Shown one piece after another: positions 8,274 to 17,610 of a stretch of 64,000 nucleotides of DNA. Numbering within the stretch: position 1 is the stretch's first letter; each line of letters starts with the position of its first letter. This DNA is from an uncultured Nannocystaceae bacterium (lineage in GTDB: Bacteria > Myxococcota_A > Polyangia > Nannocystales > Nannocystaceae), in contig CAYXVR010000013.1 of the NCBI GenBank assembly GCA_964468635.1, forward strand, positions 40,389 to 104,388, given 5' to 3'. The notes under the pieces are model-generated. The model saw nothing but the letters and a program-made list of their open reading frames with translations, was not told the origin of the DNA and made no database searches. The translations under genes were made by a program, and so were the position numbers.

Positions 8274-10530
8274 TCAGCCCGCGATCGTGATGCCGTCGCC
8301 CGAGCACGACCAGTCGTACGCGTTTCCGAGCACGAGGTCCCCGAGGTACTCGCACAGCTCGGCCGTGCTGGTCCCCGGCACGACCAGCGCGGGGTCGTTC
8401 TCGGGGTCCTGATCCGGGCTCGCCACGCCGTCCAGCAGGTACTGCGGCGTGTTGAACAGCATGCCCGCGAACCGGCGCGCGGCGTTCTCGGCCAGCGTGG
8501 CGCCGAACGTCACCGCCTCTTCCTCGAGCTCGACCCCGGTGAGCTGCTCGATGACGGCGATCTCCGCCTCGCTCGTGATCGTCGGCTCGGTGAGCACGCG
8601 ATCCTTCACGGCGACCATCACGTCGAGCATCGTCGCGCCCGGCGTGTCGAGTGCCTCTGCGACGAGCTGCTCGACCCAGTCCTCGTTGCCCGCACACGCC
8701 TCGCCGAGCGGACCGGTGCACTGGCCCCCGAGCCCGGGATCGCCGCCCTCGGCGAGCTGGAACTCCCAGTGGAGCAGCCCGTTGAAGTCGACGCCGTTGA
8801 AGCCGCTCTCGCTGTCGTTCAGGAACACGCCCATGTCGCGCAGGAAGTCGACCTCCGCGGGCCCGGCATCGCACGCGGGGAACGCCCCGGCGCCGCAGTT
8901 GAGCCCCGGCACCTGGATGTCCTGCGGCCCGAAACGCTGCGGGCGCTCCCACCACATCGCGCGCGCCGTCATGTCGAGCAGCACCATCGCGGTGTAGCGA
9001 TGCAGGCCGTCGCCCACGCCGTTGCCGCGAAGCGCGGGATCGGTCGACGTCTTCGTGAACGGGTTGTAGATCGCCGGCAGGTGATACGGCGTGGACGCCG
9101 AGCACGTGTCGGGCGGCGCCTGGTTGAAGTACGGATGCGTGACGATGGTCGTGACGAGCGACCGCACCGAGTAGTGGTTGTCGGCGAACGAGCTCGTGAG
9201 CTCCTGCAGCAGATCGCGCTGCGCCTGGTTGCGCGGGAAGTTGTTCGCGACGACGAGCGGCCAGCCCATCAGCTCGCGCCACGTCTTGTTCGCGAAGTTG
9301 ATCGAGAAGAGGTACGCGAAGCCCACCGCGGGATCCGCCACCGTCTCGTCGGGCTCGAGCACGAGCCCGTCGGACTGCAGGTTCGCGAAGCCCGCCCGCA
9401 TGTTGGCGTCGAGCGCCATCAGCGTCGCACCCTGCGGGTACTCCTCGATCATGTACGCGTCCTCGTCGAGGATGTCGCTGCCCGCACCCGCGGCGAAGTC
9501 GAACACGCCGCAGACCTCGTACATCCCCCACGGACGATCGTCGCCGACCTGCTGGAAGTCGCCCTGACCGCTCGCGAAGCCGGCGCGCCGGAAGATCGCG
9601 TGCGCCATGGGCTCGTTCGCATCGCCGGCATCCGGCCCGTACGTGGCGAGCTCGAAGTGCCCCGGGATCGGCCAGTGGCGATCGGCCTCGGGATCGTCGG
9701 CCACGTCGGTGACCGAGAAGTCGCCGCGATGGCACGGCAGACACTCGGTCTTGCGGCCGAGGTATGCGGACTCGAACGACTGCCCGTACGTCGAGCGCCG
9801 CATCACCTCGAGCTCCTGCGGCGTCACGTTGCCCGCGATGTCCGGCGCGGCCAACCTCGCGAAGAGATCGGCGCGATAGGCCGGCGACACGTCGTCGAGC
9901 AACAGTGCACTGTACACGACGTCGCCCATCCAGAACGGCGTGCCGTAGTCCGCGGTGGGGCCGTTGTCGCGGATGTGCTCCGCGAGCGCGGTGTCGTTCG
10001 ACTCCGCGCCGAAGAGGTCGTAGCACGTCTCGTTGCGGCGATCGCTGTTCACGTTCACGCGCAGCTGCTCGTACAGGTACTGCTTCCACCGATCGAAGTA
10101 GTCGTCGCCGTTGGCGAGCCCGGTGGCCACGATGCGGCGCCCGTCCTCGCCCTGCGCGTCGAGCTGCTCGATCATCTGCACGAGGATGCGGACCTCGCGG
10201 ATGCTCTCCGGTCGACGGCCTTGCACGGCCGGCAGCACGCGCTTCGCCCACGACTCGTTGCCCGCGTCGCACAGCTCGGGGTCCTCGCCGGGCGGCTCCG
10301 GCTCGCCACCGTCGGTACCCGAGGTGAGCACGCCGCTGCCGTCGTCGCTGTCGCTGCCGCTGTCGTCGGGATCGGTCGCGCTCGTGTCGGGATCGGTCGC
10401 GTCGTCGTCGTCGTCGCCGTCGTCCACGCTCGTGAAGCCCGACATCGCGCCGGAGCTCTCGCCGTCCGCGCTCGCGTTGTCGCCCCCGCACGCGGCGAGC
10501 ACCACCAGGATGGAGAGGTTGCGTCTCACG
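8274..10530 (-). CDS. DUF1549/DUF1553-like (PSCyt2/PSD1-type) lipoprotein, partner of the DUF1501 protein.
   Basis: A GTG start (rc 'cac' at 10528-10530) overlaps the DUF1501 stop as GTGA. The N-terminus VRRNLSILVVLAACGG has a lipobox, followed by a poly-Asp linker. There is a CLPCH (CXXCH-like) motif and long conserved segments without low complexity. The ORF-track frame 8274..11777 contains spurious upstream extension. Confidence 0.5.
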
Positions 10531-12097
10531 GCGTCACCCCCAGATACACGTCGCGCACGCGAGTGGCGGCCTGCAGCTCGTCCGTCACCCCGCCGCGCAC
10601 ATCGCCGACGGCGAACGATTGCGACGAGAACGGGTAGATGCCGAGCGACTGCATCACGAGGATGCGGTTCTCGGCCGGCGTGATGTAGTTGGGTGGCTCG
10701 GCGTATCCGCTCGCCTCCTCGATCGCGCCGAAGATGCCGCGCTCCTGGATCGGCCCACCGATCACGATGTTCACGTAGCCCCACGGCCAGTGGTTCGTGC
10801 CACTGCCGCCGACGTCGTCCTGACGGCCGGGCGTGCGCCCGAACTCGGTGTTGATCACGATCATCGTGTGGTCGAGGTTCACCTGGCCGGGACCGTCGCC
10901 GATGATCTCGGCGAGCGCCGCCATCGTGTTCGGGATGTTCTGCGACGACACCTCGGTGTGATCGAAGTGCGTGTCGTGTCCGCCGTTCTGCGCGGGCCGG
11001 ATGCCGGTGTCGATCCACAGCACGTAGCGCGCCTGGTCCTCTTCGCGCGTCAGCAGGCTCGCGGCGAGCCGCGCCTGCATGCGCGACATGTCGAAGTCCT
11101 GCTGCGTGTCGCCGCACGCCGACGGGGCCGAGTCGATCTGCTCGAACAACGACGCCGGCAGGATGTCCTGCAGGTGCGCCGCGTTGCGCCGCGCGAAGTC
11201 GGAGAACTCGTAGTTGCCGCGCTCCGGCGAGCGCGTGGGCGAGCCCAGCCCACCGGCGCGGAAGCGGTTCTCGTACACCTGGCGGTAGTAGGTGATCGCC
11301 GCGTCGAACTCTTCGGGGCTCGTGAGGCCGGGGCGCGCGAGCAGCTCGTTCAGGAGCGAGTTCTGATCCACCGTGACGCCGAGCGGTCGCGACGAGCCGG
11401 GATGGAAACCCACCGACGACGCCGACAGCGAGTTGAACGTGCTGAAGCCCGCGCCGGGATAGAGGACGTACGCGTAGGGGGCCGCGCGCAGGCCTCCGCC
11501 GCCGGGCGCCTCGGGGTTCTCGCTGAAGTAGCGCTGGATCGACGCACCGATGCCGGCCAGGCGCGGCTGTCCGATCCGATCGCCCGTGAACGAGATGGGG
11601 TTCGCCCCCTCGTGCGCGACCTGATCGTGGCGCTGCACCATGATGCGCATGCGCGAGAGGATGTCGGGCCGGGCGCGCAGCGGCATGAGCCACGGACCCA
11701 AGAAGAGCTCGACGCCGTTCGCGTCCTCGATCTCCGACGTCTCCCAGAGATCGGCGGGCGCGTTGCCGTAGCCGCACGTCTCGAAGCGAGCGTCACGCTC
11801 GTACGCGGGCAGGATGGGAGCACCCGGCGCGAACTGGTTCACGTAGCTGTAGTTCGCGACGCCCCACGTCGGCACCGTGTAGAACGTGTCGAACGCACTC
11901 ATGCCGCCGTTGATGTGCAGCTCGAGCACGTTCGTCGCCATGCGCTCGGCGGGGAGGATCGCGTCCATCTTGTCCGCCGGCCACGCGCCCCAACCGGCGG
12001 CGCGGGCGTTCCGCGGATACTTCAGGATGCCGAACACGCCACCGGCGAGCGCCGCACCAGCGGCACCCGTCGTGGTCAGGAATCGTCTGCGTCTCAT
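10526..12097 (-). CDS. DUF1501 family protein, sulfatase-like and Tat-exported.
   Basis: The start is MRRRRFLTTTGAAGAALAGGVFG, a twin-arginine signal. The internal motifs GGHDTHFDH...NHWPWG are typical of DUF1501. It is the conserved partner family of DUF1549/DUF1553 proteins. The ATG is rc 'cat' at 12095-12097. Confidence 0.7.
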   Translation of the reverse strand: MRRRRFLTTTGAAGAALAGGVFGILKYPRNARAAGWGAWPADKMDAILPAERMATNVLELHINGGMSAFDTFYTVPTWGVANYSYVNQFAPGAPILPAYERDARFETCGYGNAPADLWETSEIEDANGVELFLGPWLMPLRARPDILSRMRIMVQRHDQVAHEGANPISFTGDRIGQPRLAGIGASIQRYFSENPEAPGGGGLRAAPYAYVLYPGAGFSTFNSLSASSVGFHPGSSRPLGVTVDQNSLLNELLARPGLTSPEEFDAAITYYRQVYENRFRAGGLGSPTRSPERGNYEFSDFARRNAAHLQDILPASLFEQIDSAPSACGDTQQDFDMSRMQARLAASLLTREEDQARYVLWIDTGIRPAQNGGHDTHFDHTEVSSQNIPNTMAALAEIIGDGPGQVNLDHTMIVINTEFGRTPGRQDDVGGSGTNHWPWGYVNIVIGGPIQERGIFGAIEEASGYAEPPNYITPAENRILVMQSLGIYPFSSQSFAVGDVRGGVTDELQAATRVRDVYLGVTP

Positions 12098-12114
12098 CCG
12101 TCCGTCCTGTCTCG

Positions 12115-13173
12115 TCAGTCGGCGTAGAGGTCGAAGTAACCGCGGCGCTCGACGCGGGTGACGGCCTTCACGAGCCCGTCGGTGAACGGCACGTCGCGCA
12201 GGCGCTCGCGCGCGACGGAGATGGTGATGGGCCCGGGTGCGAGCACGGCGAGTGCATCGGCCGGGATCGAGAGCTCGCCGTCGTCGGTCGCGAGGATCGT
12301 GAACATGCGGCCGAAGTCGTCCCACACGCGCACGACGAAGCGGTCGTCGTCGCTGCCCGCTCCGTCCCACGCGAGATCGATCGCGTCGGACTGCGAGAAG
12401 GGCAGCATGTAGTAGTCGAAGTCGGGCGACGTCACCGTGAACTCGGCCGGCGTGTGCACCTGATCCAACAGCACGTTGTCGTCGAACACCTCGCCGCCGT
12501 AGAGCACGATGTCGTAGTCGGTGTCCGGCATCCAGTCGGCGAGCTCGGGCGCGCAGCCGTCGGGCTGCACCATCGACGCGGTCGCGGCATACACCGGGAA
12601 GATGTCGCCGACCATGCCGACCTCGAGCAGGCACGCGAGCGCTTCGGTGTCCGCGACGCGCAGCTTCATCGCGGTGCCGGCGAGCACCCACTCCTCGATG
12701 TCGCCCCAGTCGAACGGCGCGGGCACGTCGTCGTGCTGCACCGCGTCGAGCTCGCCCGCGGGGATGGGGAAGAGCGTCTGCTGCTCGAACACGGCGACGA
12801 AGTCGTCGACGCCGTCCCAGCCGACGTCGGCGATGCGCCACGCGCCCGCCATCGCGGTGCGGTCCTCGCCGATCACGGGATCGGCGAGATAGCGCGTGAA
12901 CGTCAGGATGCCGCGCATGTCGCCCTCGCCGAGCGTCTCCACGCCGGAGGGATCGCCGTCGTCGGTGGGGCCGTCGTCGTCGTCCGCGGTGGCGTCGGCA
13001 TCCGCGTCCGTGCTGTCGGGTCCGTCGTCGTCGCCGTCGTCGTCGTCGGCCGACGTGAAGCCCGACATCGCGTCGTCGCTCGAGCCCTGCTGCGGATCAC
13101 CGTCGTCACCGCAGGCCACGAACGCGAAACCCAGCAGTACGGCGGCCGACGAAGAGCGAGATCCGATCGTCAT
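12115..13173 (-). CDS. Hypothetical secreted lipoprotein.
   Basis: The product starts MTIGSRSSSAAVLLGFAFVACGDDG, a lipobox. The linker SDDAMSGFTSADDDDGDDD is shared with the 8274-10530 product. The remainder is a globular non-repetitive domain. Confidence 0.5.
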   Translation of the reverse strand: MTIGSRSSSAAVLLGFAFVACGDDGDPQQGSSDDAMSGFTSADDDDGDDDGPDSTDADADATADDDDGPTDDGDPSGVETLGEGDMRGILTFTRYLADPVIGEDRTAMAGAWRIADVGWDGVDDFVAVFEQQTLFPIPAGELDAVQHDDVPAPFDWGDIEEWVLAGTAMKLRVADTEALACLLEVGMVGDIFPVYAATASMVQPDGCAPELADWMPDTDYDIVLYGGEVFDDNVLLDQVHTPAEFTVTSPDFDYYMLPFSQSDAIDLAWDGAGSDDDRFVVRVWDDFGRMFTILATDDGELSIPADALAVLAPGPITISVARERLRDVPFTDGLVKAVTRVERRGYFDLYAD

Positions 13174-13331
13174 GGAAGGCAGAGCAGCGAGGCGTCCTTC
13201 GTCGCTGCCCACCGAGGACAGCATCATCGCCCGCACGCCGCAAGGGGAGTTCTGCCACGCGAGCCCGCGCGCGCCTTCGCGCTGACATTTAAGGAGGTGA
13301 CGATGCGTGACGTCACCGCTCCGCGGCCCGT

Positions 13332-14450
13332 TCAGAGACCGCGGTCGCGCAGCCACGCAACGAGTGCGCTGTAGAAGTCGTCGTGCCGCCAGGGATTGGT
13401 GAGGCCGGGCACGTCGCCCAGGAGCTGACCGACCTCGTCGAGGTGATCGGCGGGCACGCAGCCGAGGAACTCGCCCCAGCGGGCGTCCGCCACGCGGACG
13501 AGCCCGTCGTTCGCGACCGGCGCCAACGGGTTGGCCGTGAGGATGGCGCCGGTGACTTCGAGCCCGCCGTCGAGCGCGTCGACGGCCAGTGCGAAGTCCG
13601 CGACGAACGGCGGCGCGTCGTCGATCGCACACTCGGGCCCGCCGAGGTGGTACGCGGACCGGCCGGCGATCGAGGCGTACGCGACGCCCTCCGCGTCCGG
13701 ATAGGCCTCGTTGAACTCGGCGATCCCGGGCGTGGAGAACTGCGCGAGCGACTCGGAGATCGACGTGTTGCCGTCGATCTCCGACCAGAGCGCGCCTCCG
13801 AGCAGCTGGGCGAGCTCGTCCGCGGCGTCCTGGGCCTGCGGATCGGAGACGATGCCGAGGATGATGTCCGCGATCGGCGTGCCGTGGTGCGGCGTCGCGA
13901 CGGTCGTGACGGACGCGACGAGATCCGGTCGCAGGTTCGCGACGACGCGCGCGTCGAGTCCGCCCTGCGAGTGACCGACGAGGTTCACCTTCGCGTGACC
14001 GGTCTCCGCCAGGATCGCCTCGACGTGCGCGATGAGCTGCTCACCGCGCGCGGTGGAGTCGTCGAACGGGTTCACCGCGGGCGTGAAGACGAGCAGCTCG
14101 CCCTCGCTCGCGAGTCGATCGCGCACGCCGAAGAAGTAGGTGACGAAGTCGATCCCCGCGAACGACTCGAAGCCGAAGAAGCCGTGCGCGAAGACGACGG
14201 GGTAGGGCGGGCCGAGCTTCGCGACGTCGCCGGTGCTCGTCTCGTCGACGCCGACGCTGCCGGCCTCGCTGCTCTCGTCGGTCGACTCGTCGACGCCGCC
14301 GTCGTCGACGGGTGCGGTGGTGGCCGGCGGCGCGCCGCTCGTGTCGGCGGTGCCCGTGCTCGAGCCCGCGGCGTCGGACGCCTCGGTCGCATCGCCCGCG
14401 CACGCGGCGAGCGCGACGAGGAGTACCGCAGGCCGACCGAACCACCGCAT
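13332..14450 (-). CDS. Secreted alpha/beta-hydrolase lipase (triacylglycerol-lipase-like) lipoprotein.
   Basis: The product starts MRWFGRPAVLLVALAACAG, a lipobox. AHGFFGF is an oxyanion-hole-like motif and GHSQGG is the nucleophile elbow GxSxG. The ORF-track frame 13332..16370 carries a long spurious N-terminal extension. Confidence 0.65.
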   Translation of the reverse strand: MRWFGRPAVLLVALAACAGDATEASDAAGSSTGTADTSGAPPATTAPVDDGGVDESTDESSEAGSVGVDETSTGDVAKLGPPYPVVFAHGFFGFESFAGIDFVTYFFGVRDRLASEGELLVFTPAVNPFDDSTARGEQLIAHVEAILAETGHAKVNLVGHSQGGLDARVVANLRPDLVASVTTVATPHHGTPIADIILGIVSDPQAQDAADELAQLLGGALWSEIDGNTSISESLAQFSTPGIAEFNEAYPDAEGVAYASIAGRSAYHLGGPECAIDDAPPFVADFALAVDALDGGLEVTGAILTANPLAPVANDGLVRVADARWGEFLGCVPADHLDEVGQLLGDVPGLTNPWRHDDFYSALVAWLRDRGL

Positions 14451-14461
14451 GCGGGCCCAGT

Positions 14462-15031
14462 CTACGTCGATGTCGGCGGATCCGCGAGCCGTGATCGCAT
14501 CGCGCCGGAAAGGCGCGGATCGTCGATCAGCTTGGTCTCGTCCTTGTACGGCACGAAGCCCGCACGTTGATAGACGAGCAGCGCCCGCGGGTGATCGAGC
14601 GAGCACGTGTGCACCCAGACGCGCTCCGGCTCGTGCTGCCACGCGAGCTCGACCGCGTGATCGATGAGGTACACGCCCAGGCCCTCGCCGATGAAGTCCG
14701 GCACGAGCCCGCAGTACGCGAGCTCCACCTCGGGCAGCTTGCGGCAGTCGAGCTCGACGAAGCCCGCGGGGCACCCGTCCGCGTAGAGTACGTAGACCTC
14801 GACGGCATCGTCGTGGACGATGCTCGCGAGCTCGTCGTCGTCCATCACGCGGCGCTCGTACCAGAGCCACGGCGCGCCGACCTTCTCGTAGAGGTAGCGA
14901 TAGAAGTGCAAGGGCGGCTGGATCGCGCGCAGCAGCGCCACGGTGCGCTGCAGCTCGTGGGCGTGGCGGCGGGGTCGTGTGCGCATCTCGAGGTACGTGA
15001 TCGAGACCTCGAGCTTGCCGTCGGCGGTCAT
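14462..15031 (-). CDS. GNAT family N-acetyltransferase.
   Basis: A 189-aa ORF with GNAT-like core segments (YVLYADGCPAGFVEL...GLVPDFIGEGLGVYLIDHAVELAWQ). Confidence 0.6.
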   Translation of the reverse strand: MTADGKLEVSITYLEMRTRPRRHAHELQRTVALLRAIQPPLHFYRYLYEKVGAPWLWYERRVMDDDELASIVHDDAVEVYVLYADGCPAGFVELDCRKLPEVELAYCGLVPDFIGEGLGVYLIDHAVELAWQHEPERVWVHTCSLDHPRALLVYQRAGFVPYKDETKLIDDPRLSGAMRSRLADPPTST

Positions 15032-15116
15032 GCCGCGGCCGAGAGTACAGGATCGACCGTCGATGTCGAACCGGCGACCGTTCGCGTCGTAGGCGGGCGC
15101 CAGCGGTCGTTCGCGC

Positions 15117-16676
15117 GTGCAAGCTCGGAGCTACATGGACCCCGAAGCACCCTTTCGCGAGCCCCTCGCCGAGGTTCGGTTGCCTGCGCAGATGCGGATC
15201 GCTCCCCATCTGCCCGAGCGTGGCGGGCCCTTCGCGGTGCGCCGTCGACACGCACTGCTCGTGAATCCCTTCTACGCGAAGGACCCGAGGGCGAGCTTCG
15301 GCAAGCACGTGCTCACACCCACGCTCGCGCTCACGCAGGTCGCCGGCGCGACGCCTGCGTCGTGGACCGTGGAGGTGTTCGACGAGAACCTGCTGCTCGG
15401 TGCGCCGCCGTGCGATCCCGTGCCGGAGGTCGTCGGCATCACCGTGCACCTCACGTTCGCGGAGCGGGCGTACGCGCTCGCCCGCTGGTACCGCGCGCGC
15501 GGAGCGATCGTCGTGCTCGGTGGCCTGCACGTGCTGTCGTGTCCGGACGAGGCGCGCCCGCATGCGGACGTGCTCGCGATCGGCGAGGGCGTCGCGACGT
15601 GGCCGCGGATCCTCGCGGACGTGGAGCGCGGGTGCGTGCAGCCGGAGTACGGGGCCGACTTCGCGTCGCCGTATCGCGAGGATCCGCCGCCCCGCCGCGA
15701 TCTGTTGCCGCGCGAGCGCTTCCTGACGACGACGTCGATCAACGCGACGCGCGGGTGCCACAACCGATGCGGGTTCTGCTACCTCTCGACGACCGGGCTG
15801 CGCATGCCGTATCGCACGCGCGACCCCGAGCAGGTCGTCGCCGAGATCGCGGCCGACGGCCAGCCGTACGCGGTGTTCACCGACAACAACCTCGGGTCGG
15901 ATCGCGCGTACCTGCATCGCCTGTGCGCGGCATTGCGGCCGCTCGGCATCATCTGGAGCGCGGCGGTGTCGCTCGACGTCACCGACGATCCATCGCTCGT
16001 GCGCGCGATGGCGCTGGCCGGGTGCACGGGCGTGTTCATCGGCTTCGAGTCGCTGTCGGACGACAACATCGCCGCGGCGCGCAAGAAGTCGCCGAAGGCG
16101 GCGGACTGGGGCGCTCGCGTCGCGCTGCTGCACGATCAGGGCATCCAGGTGAACGGCTCGTTCGTGCTCGGCTTCGATCACGATCGCCGCGACGTGTTCG
16201 CGACGACGGCCGAGTGGGTGGAGGAGCACCGGCTCGAGTGCGCGACGTTCCACATCCTCACGCCGTATCCGGGCACGCCGCTCTTCCGGCAGATGGAGGC
16301 CGAGGGGCGACTCCTGCACCGCGACTGGTCGCGCTACGACACGGCGCACACGGTGTTCCGCCCCAAGCACATGACGCCCGAAGAGCTAGACCGCGGCTAC
16401 GCGTGGATGTACCAGCGGTTGTTCTCGGCGGCGTCGATCTGGGCGCGTCGACCGTCCGACGCGCGGGCAGTGCCGGCCTATCTCGCGATGAGCTGGCTGT
16501 ACAAGAAGAGCAATCCGTTCTGGCACGTGCTCATCCGCCACGGCCTCGTGCGCCGGGCCTGGAGCCCGCTCGTGGAGCTCACGCGCCGGCGCCATCTCGC
16601 GTTCCGCGAACGACTCGCGCGCATGCCCGCGCTGCCGGGCAAGCGCAGCCTCGCCGTGGTCAGCGCGAGCGTGTGA
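15117..16676 (+). CDS. B12-binding-domain radical SAM protein (class B rSAM with a DUF4070-like C-terminus).
   Basis: The N-terminal B12-binding-like region is ALLVNPFYAKDP...IVVLGGLHV. The radical-SAM cluster motif is CHNRCGFCY (CxxxCxxC). The C-terminal helical region resembles the extension common to B12-rSAM enzymes. The start could be the internal Met at 15135 or later. Confidence 0.75.
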   Translation: MQARSYMDPEAPFREPLAEVRLPAQMRIAPHLPERGGPFAVRRRHALLVNPFYAKDPRASFGKHVLTPTLALTQVAGATPASWTVEVFDENLLLGAPPCDPVPEVVGITVHLTFAERAYALARWYRARGAIVVLGGLHVLSCPDEARPHADVLAIGEGVATWPRILADVERGCVQPEYGADFASPYREDPPPRRDLLPRERFLTTTSINATRGCHNRCGFCYLSTTGLRMPYRTRDPEQVVAEIAADGQPYAVFTDNNLGSDRAYLHRLCAALRPLGIIWSAAVSLDVTDDPSLVRAMALAGCTGVFIGFESLSDDNIAAARKKSPKAADWGARVALLHDQGIQVNGSFVLGFDHDRRDVFATTAEWVEEHRLECATFHILTPYPGTPLFRQMEAEGRLLHRDWSRYDTAHTVFRPKHMTPEELDRGYAWMYQRLFSAASIWARRPSDARAVPAYLAMSWLYKKSNPFWHVLIRHGLVRRAWSPLVELTRRRHLAFRERLARMPALPGKRSLAVVSASV

Positions 16677-17022
16677 CGGCGCGGCGCGGCCGTGTGGGCG
16701 GGCAGCAGTGGGGCGCGAGCGCCTTCGCCTCCGCCACGATCGCTTCGAGCGCGCCGACGAAGCGCGCGCCGTCGATCTCGTAGACGACGCGTCGCCCGTC
16801 GCGATGGCTGCGGACGATGCCGGCCCCATGCAGCGTCTTGAGGTGTCGGGAGATCACCGATCGATCCTGCGGCAGGCGCTCGGCGATCGCCGCGATGTCC
16901 GCGGCGCCCTCGATCAGCAACACGCGCAGCACGTCGAGACGTGCGGGCTCGGTGAGCGCGCGCAGGAGCGGCGTCTCGAACAGCTCGACGATCCGCGCCG
17001 CCGCGCGCTCGCGCGCGTTCAC
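16660..17022 (-). CDS. ArsR/SmtB family transcriptional regulator.
   Basis: The helix-turn-helix signature is LDVLRVLLIEGAADIAAIAERLPQDRSVISRHLKTLHGAGIV. A GTG start (rc 'cac' at 17020-17022) overlaps the upstream gene's stop as GTGA. Confidence 0.6.
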   Translation of the reverse strand: MNARERAAARIVELFETPLLRALTEPARLDVLRVLLIEGAADIAAIAERLPQDRSVISRHLKTLHGAGIVRSHRDGRRVVYEIDGARFVGALEAIVAEAKALAPHCCPPTRPRRAVTRSR

Positions 17023-17546
17023 GCTTCCACCGCGGAGCGCCGACACGGACAGTGGAGCGCGGCGAGGGCGACGTGGATCGCCGCGACGAGCACGGCCCCC
17101 GGGAGCACGAGCTCGCCGGCGCGCAGGACTGCGGTCGGCAGCTCGGTGGCGGCGCGATCGCTCCACCAGATCGCGGCGGGGCGCTGCACGAGCAGCGCCA
17201 GGATCGCAGCCGTCCGACTCGCGACGGCGACGACGTGCACGCCGAGCTCGAAGCGCGAGAGGCCGCCGAGATCGAGCCGGCTGTCGCGCTCGGCCCGGAC
17301 GTCGAGCACCTCCACCACGTGGGTCGCGAGCAGCAGCGCCATCGCGAGCCACAGGAACACGCCTCCGCTCGGACGCACGAACAGCAGGGCGACCATCGGC
17401 ACGAACAGGACCGCACTCGCGGTGTGCCACAGGTGCTCCATCCACGACGCGGGCCGGGCGTGGAGCCGCAGCTTCCACAGGTGGATCCAGATGCCGTCGA
17501 GCGCAGCGACGGCGGCGAACAGGAGCAAGAGCGCGGCGGCGATCAT
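17019..17546 (-). CDS. Small integral membrane protein (about 4 TM) co-transcribed with ArsR.
   Basis: The product starts MIAAALLLLFAAVAALDGIWIHLW... and has four hydrophobic segments. It is translationally coupled to the ArsR gene. Confidence 0.5.
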   Translation of the reverse strand: MIAAALLLLFAAVAALDGIWIHLWKLRLHARPASWMEHLWHTASAVLFVPMVALLFVRPSGGVFLWLAMALLLATHVVEVLDVRAERDSRLDLGGLSRFELGVHVVAVASRTAAILALLVQRPAAIWWSDRAATELPTAVLRAGELVLPGAVLVAAIHVALAALHCPCRRSAVEA

Positions 17547-17547
17547 G

Positions 17548-17559
17548 CGTGCATATATG
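17548..17559. promoter_or_regulatory. Perfect 12-bp palindrome TGCATATATGCA in the divergent promoter region. Candidate ArsR-type operator.
   Basis: It lies 2 nt upstream of the membrane-protein/ArsR operon start codon. It is about 50 nt upstream of the divergent lipoprotein gene at 17611. The AT-rich dyad is unusual in this G+C-rich context. Confidence 0.35.
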
Positions 17560-17610
17560 CACACGCATGCACGCATTGTCGAGGGGCCGCGTGCTATCGT
17601 CGAGCGATCC

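Noticed and set aside
16708-17610. 5' extensions of ORF-track entries, for example 16708..19470 starting 900 nt upstream of the lipobox Met, and likewise 8274..11777, 13332..16370, 28412..30199, 40040..43897, 53291..55330 and 57326..58567.
   Set aside because: The upstream portions are Arg-rich and overlap other genes. Start codons were re-assigned to the first Met or GTG that gives a signal peptide or a sensible N-terminus.
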